Positions 37,188-49,917 of a stretch of DNA of 64,000 bases are shown here, piece after piece (positions within the stretch are counted from its first letter, which is position 1; each line of letters starts with the position of its first letter). Origin of the DNA: Cycas panzhihuaensis (Eukaryota > Plantae > Cycadophyta); the NCBI GenBank assembly GCA_023213395.1, contig CM041465.1, positions 168,957,741 through 169,021,740 of the forward strand. Reading direction: 5' to 3'. The position numbers and the translations under genes are program-made. Under the pieces are notes generated by a model. The model had not been told where the DNA came from. It ran no database searches and saw nothing but the letters and a program-made list of their open reading frames with translations.

Positions 37188-39389
37188 CTTAGTGTGCCTT
37201 TGCTTAGAAAGTGATTCCCTTTGGACTCAAAAATATAAGTTCCACTTACCAAAGGGCAATGTAATTTGTCTTTCATAACCTCATAAATAAAACCCTTGAG
37301 GTCTTCATGGATGATATGATGGGTCTTTCTTGTAAGAGAGCCCATCACCCTGAGGATTTGTATGCTATCTTTATTCAATACCATAAATACCACATCAGCT
37401 TAAACTTGCTCAAATGCATATTTGCCATAACCACTAGTAAACTCTTCGGTTTTCTTGTTTCTAAATAAGGAATCCAGATAAAACTTGATAAGGTCAAGGC
37501 TATCCTTGACATATCTCTGCCCAAAATGCAACATCAAATTAAGTCATTTCTGGGTAGGTTGGGTTTCCTTAAGTGTTTCATAGTAAACTATGGCATAAAC
37601 TCCAAGCTCATTACTAACCTATAGAAGAAGGGAGCCCTATTTATTTGGTCTCTCAAGGCCTAGGAAGCTTTCTAAGAGCTCAAGAGAGCCTTGGCTTCTA
37701 CCTCGATTTTGGAAACACCTCTCTTTGACCATCACTTTATCCTTTATGCCTTAGCCATTGATGAATCCTTAGGGGCTATGCTTGCCCAAGAGGATTATTT
37801 AGGAACTAAGTAAGACATTTATTTCATCAGCCACACACTAGTCACTGTTGAGCTTAACTACTCTCCCATAAAAAAGGAGTGCCTCGTCTTGGTCCATACT
37901 ACCAAGAAATTTAGGTACTACCTACTTGGCAATACCACTTGGGTAATTGTTTAATCTTATTCCTTGAGATGCCTCTTAACTTAATCTGACTTGACTTGTA
38001 GGTCTAGTAAACGGGTCATCCTCCTTCAAGAGTATGACCTTCAAATCGTCAATAGGAAATTGAAAAGAAAATGGTAGTCGCTAAACAACTAGTTGATGTA
38101 CCTATTCCTAACTCTTCTAATGTTCCCGTTGATGACTCCTTACCTGACAAGCTTATCCTTTCTATCTAAGACTCACCACCCTATCTATTAGCTAGTAGTA
38201 AATGGTATGGGGACAATGCTAGTGACAAGGTGAGGTCACGAATTAGAGCTACTACTAGGCAGTATTTCCTCATTGAGGAGGTATTGGTCCTTCTTCATTG
38301 CATTCACCCCAATGAGGTGAACCATATACTTCGTGAGTGCCATAACAACATTTGTGAGGGCCACATTAGGGGCCAATCCATGGACCATAGGATCCTCTAC
38401 ATGGGTTATTACTAGTTGTCCCTTTTCAAGAATGCCCATGCCTATGTGTTGCATTGTCATAGGTGCCAAGAGTATGCCAACATCATTCATTTGCATTCTG
38501 AGGCCTTACACCTAATAATCTCTTTATGGCCTTTTCCCAATGGGGATTAGACCTTATTAGAATCATAAACCCTCCTTGCTCATTGCAATATAAGTTCATC
38601 TTGACTACAACAAAGCACTTCACCAAATGGGCCAAAGCAATCCCTCTATCATCTATTACTAGAAATACCATAACCACTTTTATCTACCAGCATATTATCT
38701 ATCAATTTGAGGTTCTAGATATCCTAATCACAAATAATAGTGCTCCCTTTTGTAATAAGGAGATGGATGAACTTTGTGGGAAGTTCAGAATATACCACAA
38801 AACCTCTTCTCCTTATTACCCCTTGGTTAATCGACAAATTGAATCTTTTAACAAAACCCTTATCAACATCTTAAAGAAAATTGTGGCTCAATCCTAAAGA
38901 GATTGGCACCTCCAGCTTCCTTTTACTTTATGGGCATATCATACTTCCATTTACATGGCTACATGGATGAACTTATTCTCCCTTATATATGGGACCAAAG
39001 TGGTCCTCTCCTTGGAAGTTAAAATCCTTGCTTTACGTGTTTCTCTTTAAGGTCTCATCGACAAGGAGTCTTATCACCAAGCTTGCCTCCTCGACCTTAA
39101 AGCCTTGGACGAGAGATGCTTGATGGCATACTAAGAAAATCTCACCTCCAAGGCTAGGTCATGAATGACATATAACAAATGTCTTCATCCTTGCCCTCTA
39201 AATCCTGGGTACCATGTCCTTAATCTTGAATATCTCCATGACTGCTTATCCAAATTTAGGCTTAAATAGATCAATCCTTTTGTCATTCTCGAGAGCCTCA
39301 ACAATGGCTCCTATAGGATAGTGACCCTAAAGGGTCTCAAATTTGAGAAAGATGTGAATGGTAAATTCTTAAAGAAGTTCTATGTGTGA
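37188..39389 (+). pseudogene. element A RT(C-terminal)-RNase H-integrase pseudogene
   Basis: PFGLKN, FMDD near 37305, native RH (FILYA...LGAMLAQ), integrase HHCC (ILRECHNNICEGH; 38230-38415) and core (FSQWGLDLI...SPYYP; 38526-38897), ending NGKFLKKFYV*. No extra RNase H between RH and INT. Confidence 0.93.
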
Positions 39390-39453
39390 CCCTTTCTACT
39401 CCTAAATAGGATAGGCACACCCCTCTCTCACTCTAAAATGAGCCTAAACTACC

Positions 39454-39506
39454 ACTTTAAGTGCATCATCATTTCTCCTAGTCATAGGTGTAATGATGGT
39501 TAAAGT
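39454..39506 (+). other. conserved 3'-UTR RNA hairpin (A)
   Basis: Stems ACTTTAA/TTAAAGT, CATCATT/AATGATG and CCTA-gtca-TAGG after GAGCCTAAACTACC. Confidence 0.7.
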
Positions 39507-40249
39507 AGCCCTTCATCCTTTTGACTTTATTACTTGTATTGCATCTCTTATCTCCCTCCCGAGGGTGACCTCTCCTTTCCTAGTTGGGTAAGTAAACCTC
39601 CTTTACTTCTGAGCATGGAGTCACTTCCCAACTATGGCTTTTTGTCACTTGGGTATCCACACCCCCTAGTCATTGCTTCCTTTGCATATCTATTATGTTC
39701 TTCCTGACGGACATGCGTAGCACCCCCTCCTAGTCTTATACATATCCATCATTGACACATATAGTGATTATATATGCCTAATATGAGTGTGGTATTATAT
39801 GAATGGAAGCATGAATATCATCTACATATGATCTAATAACAAAAACCATATATAATAATCAACTAAAACTACCTAAATGCATGACCCCTTGTGCATCTGT
39901 GCACCTATATCCATATGCATATGCTCATCTCTCTATGCATCATATAAATAAACAAACTATATAATAATGCAATAACATCACCAATCGATCACAATATCAT
40001 CTTCATGTATCAAATGGGGTACCAATTATCCCTCATCTATATATATACAAAGTTATATGGTACAATAGAATTATATGGTATATCATCATCTAGGCAATAT
40101 AACTTAGGAAGATGAAATCCTTATAGGGAGGAGTACAATCATATGTTTACATGTGGTAAAAACTCCCTAAAGGTATGCAGTTTTCTTATCTAAAATCCAA
40201 AACGTATAATCTCCTAGATGCCATGCTCTCAAGGGGTGTCATTCCCTCG

Positions 40250-42820
40250 TCTATGGGATCCCTCACTGGGGGACCATATATCTCCTAGGCTCATGCGGCA
40301 TTGCTGCAAGCTCCCTGCCTCACTCTCCTACTCTCGAGGTATCCTCTAGGTCATTGTCATGGTGTGTGATTGGTTGTATGATGACATGGTGGAAATCTGC
40401 TCTACTAATTAATCGTACCTAGCCTAGATATGATCTCTCTCTCTCTTTATTCCATGGAGTCTCTCCTCTAGCACAACAATCTAAATCTTACTCTCTGCAT
40501 CATTGCTTGATCCTCCTCCCTAGGCCTCTAGTCCTTATACCTAGCCCTATAGGATGCCTCCCTTAACCACTAGCTAGTCCTTCTCTTCTTGTAGCCCATC
40601 CAAGGTGCCCTGCAGTTGGATGACCCTCACCTAGAGCTCTTAGGACTATGCCACCCATATATCCATAGCCAAAATCAGTGGGGTGAATGTTGCTATGTAT
40701 GGCCCCGCTGACCAGGGCTCTTTGCTAGCCAAGATGGGAGTATGTATGTATGTATGTATGTATGTATATGTGTGTATGTATATGTGTGTGTGTATATGTA
40801 TGTATGTATATACAAAAGCATCAAAATCTAAATAAAACCATCTAGGGAAGTAGCAAATGATTGAAAGGATGTTTAGTTAGGATAGAATCTCACCTCTCGG
40901 GATGATTGGATTCTTTTCCTGGATGATCACCTCATCTACCATGGCTCCCCCCACTACTGCCTTTATCTCCTTGACCTCTGGCACTACCTTGCCTATCACC
41001 TAGGCTGCTAGAGCATCTCCACCCTCTAATCCCTCCTCTCCTGGGATCTCTCTATCTATAAAAGCTATTTCCACCTATACCTCTGCCACCATAGCCACCA
41101 TTATTGCTAGGGCTCTACTTGTAGCTCTCCCTCTACCTATTGGTCCTAGTGGTGGCCTATTTCTCCTACTAGTGTTGATGGACCTGCCTTATCTCTTATA
41201 GCTCTCGATGGTCCTGCACCATCCCCTCCATCTCCTCCATCATCATCAACACCCTCATCGTGTTCATCTCATAGGTCTCTACCCTCATCATCACTTTCCT
41301 AGTGGATCACTCGATAAGGATCCATTGTATAGTCGATCAGGGTCAAGAGATCTAGTGATGTTGCTACCACTAATTGCCATACATGGACTAGGTTCTTAAC
41401 CTCTCTAGACCTCATCTACCATGTATGAACCATGGGAACCTTGGATAAGATGAGATGTGGTCCTCCTGGTAGTTCCACCACTCTTAAATGGTCGAAAAAC
41501 CAATAATGGAATAACGTGCAATAAGAGAAACCCCCTATCCCAACTACTTATATCTGGTTGAGCTATGGAATTGGGTTGGTTGCTATGAAGGCAGCCCAAT
41601 CAAACCTCTATCTAGCCTTACACCTCTTAATAGTGGTCATCTAGCCTCCTAGGATATCCTTGTAGTTCTATTTCTAGGATATCTAGAATAGAATAGTCAA
41701 AGTAATGAGTTTCCTTACACGAGGAACTCTAGATAAAACCATCACCTGGACTGAGACTCCCCATCAATCTTATCAGCCCTATCTTATAAAGAATCTAGTT
41801 GCATCATTATGGGTAGCATCTATGCTAGGTAGTATGCTTAATAATGTTATCATCCCACCTAATGATACACCCGGGATCCTCTTGTTATGCCCATACATGA
41901 TAAAGATATCTCACACTTGTGGGAGGTGAAATACATGCCTCTGTCAATCCCAGTGTGAGATGATTTCAACTAGGAGGCACTAGTTGGATGTATACTATGG
42001 ATTCCTAATGACCTTTAAAAGCCCACAGTATTGTAGAGTCATTTGCTCCTGCTATATCATCATCTCAATAAAACTCATCATCGCCATGACTATATTCTCA
42101 TGGTCACCATGCCTATATTCTTAAAGTTATCAATTATGAAAATAGCCTACAAACAAAAAAAAGCTAGTCAGAGATCCACTAATCCCCTCTACCATGTGCC
42201 ATGCCCCCCTTTGGATGGTTGAGGCTCCATCAAGTTGGGTAGACCCATCCATCAGGGCATCTCTTATCTTTTTCTCCTATCTAGCCTTCACCCCATGCCA
42301 AACTCTATGGTACTGCAGATATTGATATGGGTCCCACTAAAAAGAATTATATTTTCTTGGTGGCCCTGCTACAAACTTCATGACACTATGACATTTATCG
42401 TAAGGTCATGGATACCCCCTAAAAGAGGGGGTGGGGGTGGCCTAAAAACTCAAAAAGAAAAATCTTAAGTGGACTAAACTTGGCCCATTAAGACCAAGGA
42501 TACCTAATGCCCTAATCCTCCCCCTCCCTGGGCCTCATTTGAGCTGTAAGGGGTCTCGATCACCCATATGGGGCCTAAAATAAACTTTTAAAACTAAAAA
42601 AGTCCATTAAATAAAATTGACGAAATGAAATAGCTACAGGATGATCCACTCACTAGATCAGGCATGATCGCTATCATCTTGTCTCCATGATCTTAATGGT
42701 TATTCTCTCTCCCTGATCCAATGGTCAGATCTCTCGTTGGGTGCTCCCAAATACTAGCATAGCCTTACTGCATAAAAGGAAGGGCTCCAAATCTCTCATA
42801 GGGGCCTGTAAAAATAAATC
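40250..42820 (-). pseudogene. antisense accessory gene of A: plant mobile domain (PMD, aminotransferase-like) with low-complexity tail, probably spliced
   Basis: Manual minus-strand translation gives LQYCGLLKVI...LLVEIISHWD*QRHVFHLP (42040-41920; compare PMD LVERW....TFHLP) and RFDWAAFIAT (near 41600; compare Y.WG.A.LA). Donor GTGAGT at 42653; CTGAC-polyT-TAG acceptor at 42147. The 3' end is approximate. Confidence 0.7.
40741..40812. repeat. (TATG)n/(TG)n microsatellite
   Basis: Directly visible; probably intronic to the antisense gene. Confidence 0.9.
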
Positions 42821-42840
42821 CTATTTCTAGTCTTCTCCTC

Positions 42841-42848
42841 TTTATATA
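42841..42848 (-). promoter_or_regulatory. TATA box of the antisense gene in A
   Basis: Minus-strand TATATAAA, positionally conserved with 33315-33321 in B. Confidence 0.55.
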
Positions 42849-43407
42849 TGTGGGGTCCCCAGGGGCACCACCTCCTTTCTCCTCATCACAATAGCCCTCA
42901 GGATCATCTCCTTATCCTCACTTACTTTGTCTTCAGGGTTTAACCCTTGTTTTGCTCCTATGGCCTTCATTTTACTCCTTTCTAGTGTATCTATGGTGAT
43001 CCCTTTAGCCTCTTGGAGGCCCCTTCTGCCTCATTTTTTGCACTGCTACAAAATGTGACAATGTTTATACTCTTTTAACTTATTCCAACATCTTGGATCT
43101 ACCTTTCCCATTTGTTTGAGACTTTAAGGCTCCCAGGGGAAGCCCCTCCTCCCTTCCAAGCCTCCATAGGCCCCTTCGTGACCTTGGGGTCTCTGATGGA
43201 GCATACATACTAATCCTTTCTCATCCTTTCATCGAGTAAGCCTCCCTTGAGCCTAGTAGCCTACCCCTAGGGCTCTCTTATCCTCACACAATTCACATTT
43301 GTAGTGTTTTGAGCTATCGTAGCCCTATCACTACCCCTTTCTTTTGCATCTTGAATTTACTGTCACTATCTCTTCTATCGCTTGACTCAAACTCTATTCT
43401 TTTTACT

Positions 43408-43830
43408 ATGGTATTACTCATCTTTACTAACAGAGGAAGTCACGGCAACCCCAGACCTTTTGTAGCTACGTGGATCCTCTGTGATCCCTCCAGATACAAC
43501 AATATGCATTTTAGAATCTTTCTACTTGAGGCTACGAATAACAAAGCTGATTACATAACTATTATTGAAGCCCTTACCTATGCACTTCACTCTTACCATG
43601 GCCCTATCATCCTCTATTGTGACTCTTAGATTGTCATGTCATAACTAACCTATGCTTACTAGGTATGTTGCCCATGATTGAGAGCCCTTACTTCAACCAC
43701 TAGGTCCCTTTTATCTCGCTTATCTTTCATGGATGTTCAACACATTCCCCGAGATCTTAATATTAAGGCAGATGGTCTTGTCTATCGCATCCTCAAGCAT
43801 CATCTCCTTCTCTCAGATGACCCCTCCTAG
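43408..43830 (+). pseudogene. stand-alone archaeal-type RNase HI (aRH) of element A
   Basis: One frame of 141 codons with internal stops: MVLLIFTNRGSHGNPRP...FLLEATNNKADY..IIEAL...IILYCDS*IV...DVQHIPRDLNIKADGL; own ATG, about 4 kb after the pol stop. Confidence 0.9.
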
Positions 43831-44066
43831 GTAGCCTAATGAGTCACTTAATCACCTAGGCTCTAGGATCATCCTTTCTTCTATTGTAATCTCTTCACAC
43901 CTCTAAAAGTAGGCCATTAATGAGATTAAAATATGGTGACCACCATGTTTATGTCTCCACTTTATCCTTTGTACTACCTGTGGCATGAGGCTCTTGCACT
44001 TTGATTCTCTACATGTACATATCTTTGCTTATATTTATTTGTTGGTCAGGCTTATGACCTTGTATA

Positions 44067-45202
44067 TGATCTATTTTTGGATCTTTATTTTCATAATACT
44101 CTTAAAATGCCTTGTTTTTCATGTTTATAATATTCTTTTAGTAGAAAAATGCCTTAAGAGGCTTAAAAAATGCAAAAAAAGGTGCAACCGCAACTACAAC
44201 CAAGTGCAAACAACTATAACTAAGTGAAACCAGGTGGGCTACAAGTGCAACTAGCAACTGGGTGGTCTACAAGTGCAACTAAGTGCAATTGACTAGTCTA
44301 CAAGTGCAACAAAGTGCAACCACTCAATTTGCAAGTGCAACAGTAAGTGTAATTAAGTGTAACTGCATGTGCAACCCTGCAGACTGTAGAAAATGAAAAA
44401 CGTGCAAACTGAAAAATGATAGTATTTCTGGTAGGCAAAACAAAGTTTGTTTTACACAGAATTTTAGGAGGATCTTCTTGTATGTGTCCTCTACATGATT
44501 AAAGAGAAAAACCTCTTTATTATACAAATTTAAGGGGGTTTTTCTCTAACTGTTTGGAATCCATTGAAGAACTAAAAAATAGAAAACCCATTGCAGAAGA
44601 AACACGCATTATAGGGTTTTATAACAGCAATATCTCTTGATGGAAGATAAAAGAGAGGATGCCAACAGCTATAGGCATAGTACGAGGAGCAAGATAAGAG
44701 GAAAGACTCTCCAAAATTACTTTCCGCTTGAGAAAGAATGGCTCAAAAAATGTAAAATCTACGCAGGAGAGAAAAAATGATAGAAGTGCATAAGGAGCGA
44801 CAAAATAATGCCTAAATCCATTTGTGGGGATAGAGAAGTAGCCCAAAAAAGTGAAGTTGCGGTGGAGGGAGGAAAATAGTAGCCATAGTAGTCCAAGAAA
44901 GAGACGCTAGCGGAATTCTTCACTAAGAAAAGAGATTTTTTAGTTATCAGTAACCAAAACTCTATGCATACTTCAGTGTCAGTGGTTCCAAAGAATATGC
45001 AGCAGCCTAAAAAGTGCCCAACACTTAGTTCTACTTTCCCAATTTACTATAGCAATCCTTTACATACTCAATAAAGCACAAACAGAAGGAATTTTATAAG
45101 AGAATTTAAAATATCTTTAAATTAATGTAATATTATTGTAAATTTGTTCTAGAGTTGTTTCAATTAGATTAAGTCTTTACTTTTCCATTCAAATTTGGAT
45201 CA
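44067..45202 (+). repeat. 5' LTR of element C, with an AAGTGCAAC repeat array (about 44180-44385)
   Basis: Collinear with 49918-51096. Confidence 0.92.
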
Positions 45203-45378
45203 AATATTTGGTATCAGAGCTATGTTTCTTGAAATCCTTCGGAATTTAGAAATTTATAAAGAGAAAAGAAAAGAAAAACCCTCTTGCTTTCGTTGTGAAA
45301 AGTTTTTATAAAAACTAGATTTCAGTATTTGTTGACCGGTGAACCTTTAACCAAACTACTTGAGAAAGAATATAGACA

Positions 45379-48300
45379 ATGAAGGAAGATGGCTAAGTTA
45401 GAGTAAAAGATAGAGGAAAGGTTCATGAAGATGGAGCAAAACCTCGACAGACTAACCCATCTTGTGGTACAACTAGTCTCTCAACAAGTTGTAACTTCTT
45501 CTTCAACAGCCAGCCAAAGGCGTAAAGAAGGAAGAAGATGAACCGATGAAAGAGGATACAAATGAAGAGATGGTAGAAGACCAACAAGAAGAGGAAAAAG
45601 ATGACAATCCAGTGATAATAACACATCCATTCAAGGTAGAGTCAAAACTTGAACTACCTATCTATGATGGAACTTTAGATGCTAAAAAGTTAGATGGTTG
45701 GTTGGACCAACTAGAAACATATTTTTTCATTTATGGGTATAAAAACTAGTAGAAAATTACTTTTACTAAGTTAAAATTGTCTAAGCATGCATTAATTTAG
45801 TGGAATATATATCTTAAATCCCATAATGTAAATGAAATTACTTGGCAACAATTTAAAATCCTCACAAAGAAGCAATTCTATCCTATTGGGTATGAAGAGC
45901 AACAGAGAATTAAATGGCAATATTACCAATAGGATAGAGGCCAAAATATCCAAGACTATATAATAGAATTTCAAAAGTAAGATGTTGTGTTGGGCATCTC
46001 TTTATTGGGTAAAGACATCATGCTAAAGTATATTGGAGGGTTGCACCAATATATTCAGCAAGAAGTTAAATTGTTTGATGAAGCTAGCAAGAAGGCGATT
46101 GCCATAGAAAAGAGGAACAAGAAGGTTTTTGCTAAGAGTAAAAGGTTTGCACCTAAAAAAGGTAGCAACAAACCTGCCTAAGGAAAGAGGTTTCCAGGTA
46201 AAGTTGGACAACAACCCATTGGGGGTTTTAGAAAGAAGAAACAAGCCAATACCACCTAAATCAAAGTCATTTGTACTCATTGTAAGCAAGCGGGTCACAA
46301 CATAGAAGATTGTTGGTTCCTGCACTCAGAGAAACGACCCAAGAACAAGGGAAAAGGTAAAGCTAAAACTAAAGGTAAAGCTTTACTTAACTCTATGGGT
46401 GATGAAGATGTTTATGGCCTTGAAGGAGCCAATGAGAAGTTGATGCTCATGGCTAATGCAAAGCCTAAAAATAACCATCATCAAGTTAATCCAGAGATTA
46501 GAGAGGAGCTCTTCATGGTAAGAATCCAAGTGAAGTAAAGTATGGCTGATGCCATCTTTAATGGAGGAAGCCAAAAGAATTTAATCTCAGAAGCATTGGT
46601 AAAGAAATTTGGATTAAAAATGCATGCACATCCAAAACCATATCCTCTTAGATGGCTGTAAAAAGATTTAAAGTTGCAGGTTACTCACCAATGTAAGTTT
46701 AAATTTGCAATATCTGAAAAGTTCATTGATGAAGTTGAATGTGAGGTAGTCCCTTTGGATGTTTGTCAAGTTGTGTTTGGCAGCCCATATCTCTATGATA
46801 GAGATGGAGTTCATCATAGGAGGCTGAGAAAGATTTGACTCATCAAGGACTAGAAATCATATGTGATCAATGCATCAAAGCCACAAAAGAAGATCTCTCT
46901 CATATCGTCCCAACAAGCGAAAAGATTTATTAATGCTTGTAGGAAGTTTGTACTACTGATGATAAAATAAAAGGTAGAAGAAAAAGAGCAAGCAGAGTCC
47001 TCAATACAGGAATTAGATAGGAAGCAAGTGCAGCAGATTGAAGGCCTAAGGAATAGGTACAATGACATATTCCAAGAGCCAAAAGGGTTGCCCCCTAAAA
47101 GGGTAATTGAACATGAAATCCAACTAGTTGTTGATTCACCTTTGCCAAATCTTAGTCTCTTCTGAAACTCAGTTTTGGAGAATGAAGAGATTAAGAGGCA
47201 GATTCAAGAACTCTTGGAATAAGAAGTAATTAAGCCAAGTTATTCCCCATGTGGTTCACCTATTGTTTTAGTGCCAAAGAAAGATGGAGGATGGTGAATG
47301 TGCATTGACTATTGGGCTTTGAGCAAGATCACCATAAAGAATCGACATCCCTTCCCATGGATAGATGACTTGTTGGACCAGCTATAGTTAGCAAGATATT
47401 TCAGTAAATTAGACCTGAAATCAAGCTACCATCAGGTTCAAATCTGAGAGGAGGATACTTGGAAGACAGCCTTCAAATTAAAGTAAGAATTATTTGAATA
47501 GTTGGTGATGCCATTTGGTCTATGCAACACACCTGCCACCTTCATGAGGTTGATGAATGAGGTATTAAGACCCTTCATTGATGACTTTATAATTGTTTAC
47601 CTAGATGATATTTTGATTTTTAGTCATACTTGGGAGGAGCACCTCCAACATATTGAGCAAGTGCTCAAAGTTCTCCAAGAGCAGCAGTTAAAACTCAATC
47701 AAAAGAAGTACAAGTTTGGAAAGCAATCTCTCATCTTCTTAGGTTTCATGGTTGGAGGAGGAGAATTAAAGACTAACCCAGCAAAGATTAAAGTCATTCT
47801 CAATTAGCCCACACCCAAGACAACCACAGAGGTAAGAAGTTTCATTGGTGCATGTCAATATCCAAGAAAATTTATTTTGAAATTCTCTTAAATTGCAACA
47901 CCTCTTCATGTATTGATGGGAGGACATGCAAAGTTTCATTGGGAGAATAAATAAGAAAAAGCTCTTAGACTTTTAAAGTAGAAAATTTGTGAGGCACCAG
48001 TGTTAGATTTACCCTCATTGTAGAAACCATTTGAATTGGAGACTAATGCTTTAGGCTATGCCATGGGAGCAGTGTTGAAGCAAGAAGGAAGACCAATAGC
48101 ATACCATTCAGACACATTTAATGGAGTTGTCATAAACTACCCAACTTACAATAAGGAGCTCTAGGCATTGCACCAAGTAGTGAAGCATTAGAGACCATAT
48201 TTGTTGGGAAAAGAAGTGGTCATTCACACCAACCACAAGCCTTTGCAATTCTTGAAGACTCAGTCCAAATTATAGCAGGTTAGGCACATGAAGTGGATGT

Positions 48301-49879
48301 CCTATTTGCAGCAGTTTCACATTATGGTTAAGTACAAGAAAGGAACAACAAATAAAATTGTAGACTTGTTGTCCAGACCTCCTCAACAACAAGGTATTTC
48401 TAGTTTGTTGGTAGCTATACAATTTCAACCTTTCTGCCATAATGAATATGTTGATTTATACTTGAAAATTGAGGCATTCAAGCCTATCTTTGAGCAGCTA
48501 CAGCAAGGAAAAGTAGTTGTTGATTTCCAGCTGAAAGATGGCCTTCTCTTCAAGCAAGATAAGCTTTGCATTCCAAAGCATGCAGACTAAATGAAGTGGG
48601 TAAGAGAAGCTCACACCTCTCAAGTTATAGGACACTTTAGAGTGGGAAAGACATTGCTGAACTTGCAATGATATATGTATTGGCCAAATATGTAGTAAGA
48701 TGTGACTACAGCAGTACAAGGGTGTACATTATGTAGTACATCAAAGCTGGCCAATAGGAAGTTTGGATTGTACATTCCACTTTCCATTCCATCACAGCCA
48801 TGGGAGACTACCTCCATGGATTTCCTCAAAGGACTACCATGAACCAAAAATGGTATGGATTATTTGTTTGTAGTTATTGATCGATTCAGTAAAATGGTGA
48901 TGTCGATTCATTGTAAAAAGACACATATAGAAGAAGACGTAGCTGGATTATTTTTCTAGCATGTTTGGAAGCATTTTGGACTTCCCAACTCAATCATTTT
49001 TTATTAAGATAGCAGATTTCCGAGTCATTTTTAGCAAACACTTTGGGGAATGATGGATATGAAGCTAAAGATAAGCACGGCTTTTCATCCTCAAACAGAC
49101 GACCAGACTGAAGTTGTAAATAAGACATTAGTACAGATGTTACGAGGATATAATGCCAAGCATCCTAAGACTTAGGATGAAAGTCTTCCATACTTGCAAT
49201 TTGCCTTTAATAGAGATGTCCATAGCTCAACCCAAAAATCACCATTTGAGGTATGTTTGGGATTTTTGCCTGCAAGTCCTTTTGATCTAGAATTTTCTAC
49301 AAGAAATGGAAAGGAGGAAGAAGGAGATGAAAGGCACAAAGATTCTTGGAAAGAATTAAGAAAATCCATCAACAAGTTGAAGAGAATCTTCAAAAATCTC
49401 AACAGAAGTACAAAAAGTGGCATGATGCACATAGAACCAGCCATCACTTTAAGGAAGGAGATAGAGTTTGGTTGCACCTCAGTAAGAAAAGATTGCAAGG
49501 TGAAGGCAAAAACCTAAAGCCTATACATTATGGTCCTTTTACAATCTTGAAGAAGATTAGGGAAAATGCTTTCTAGCTTGAACTTCCAGAATTCATGAAG
49601 ATGTATTCCATAGTGAATGTTGAAAATTTGAAGATGTTCAAGCCATCCATATTGGATGAAGATGAATATGGAGTTCCATTCTTACCAAATCTAGAGGAGT
49701 TACAAATAGAGAAAGAGGAACCAATGCAAAATGATTACATTCTTCAAGGGAAGCAGACCAAGACTCGAAGAGGCATAATCAAGTCCTTCAGAATTGTTAA
49801 AAAAGGACAAGTACCTAGTAAGGCAAAATGATATAATAAGGAGATAGGAAAAATCAAGTTCTCTCATCTACAACTATAA
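45379..49879 (+). pseudogene. element C gag-pol pseudogene with chromodomain-like tail
   Basis: Gag FKVESKLELPIYDGTLDAKKLDGWLDQLETYF; CCHC knuckle CTHCKQAGHNIEDC; protease ...HPKPYPL; RT MPFGLCNTP...VYLDDILIFS; RH; integrase with the GPF motif (YGPFTIL). Confidence 0.93.
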
Positions 49880-49917
49880 AGTTCATGAGGCCATAAACTC
49901 CTGAAAAAGGGGAGTTC

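Noticed and set aside
41208-41399. His-rich plus-strand ORF
   Set aside because: It is the reverse complement of the GAT/GGA-rich low-complexity part of the antisense gene.
39390-44066. env-like gene in A's 3' region
   Set aside because: No sense ORF with signal or transmembrane features; the coding remnants are PMD (antisense) and RNase H.
44180-44390. Regularly recurring short repeats as a CRISPR array
   Set aside because: Degenerate ~9-bp units without unique spacers, inside a eukaryotic LTR; no cas genes.
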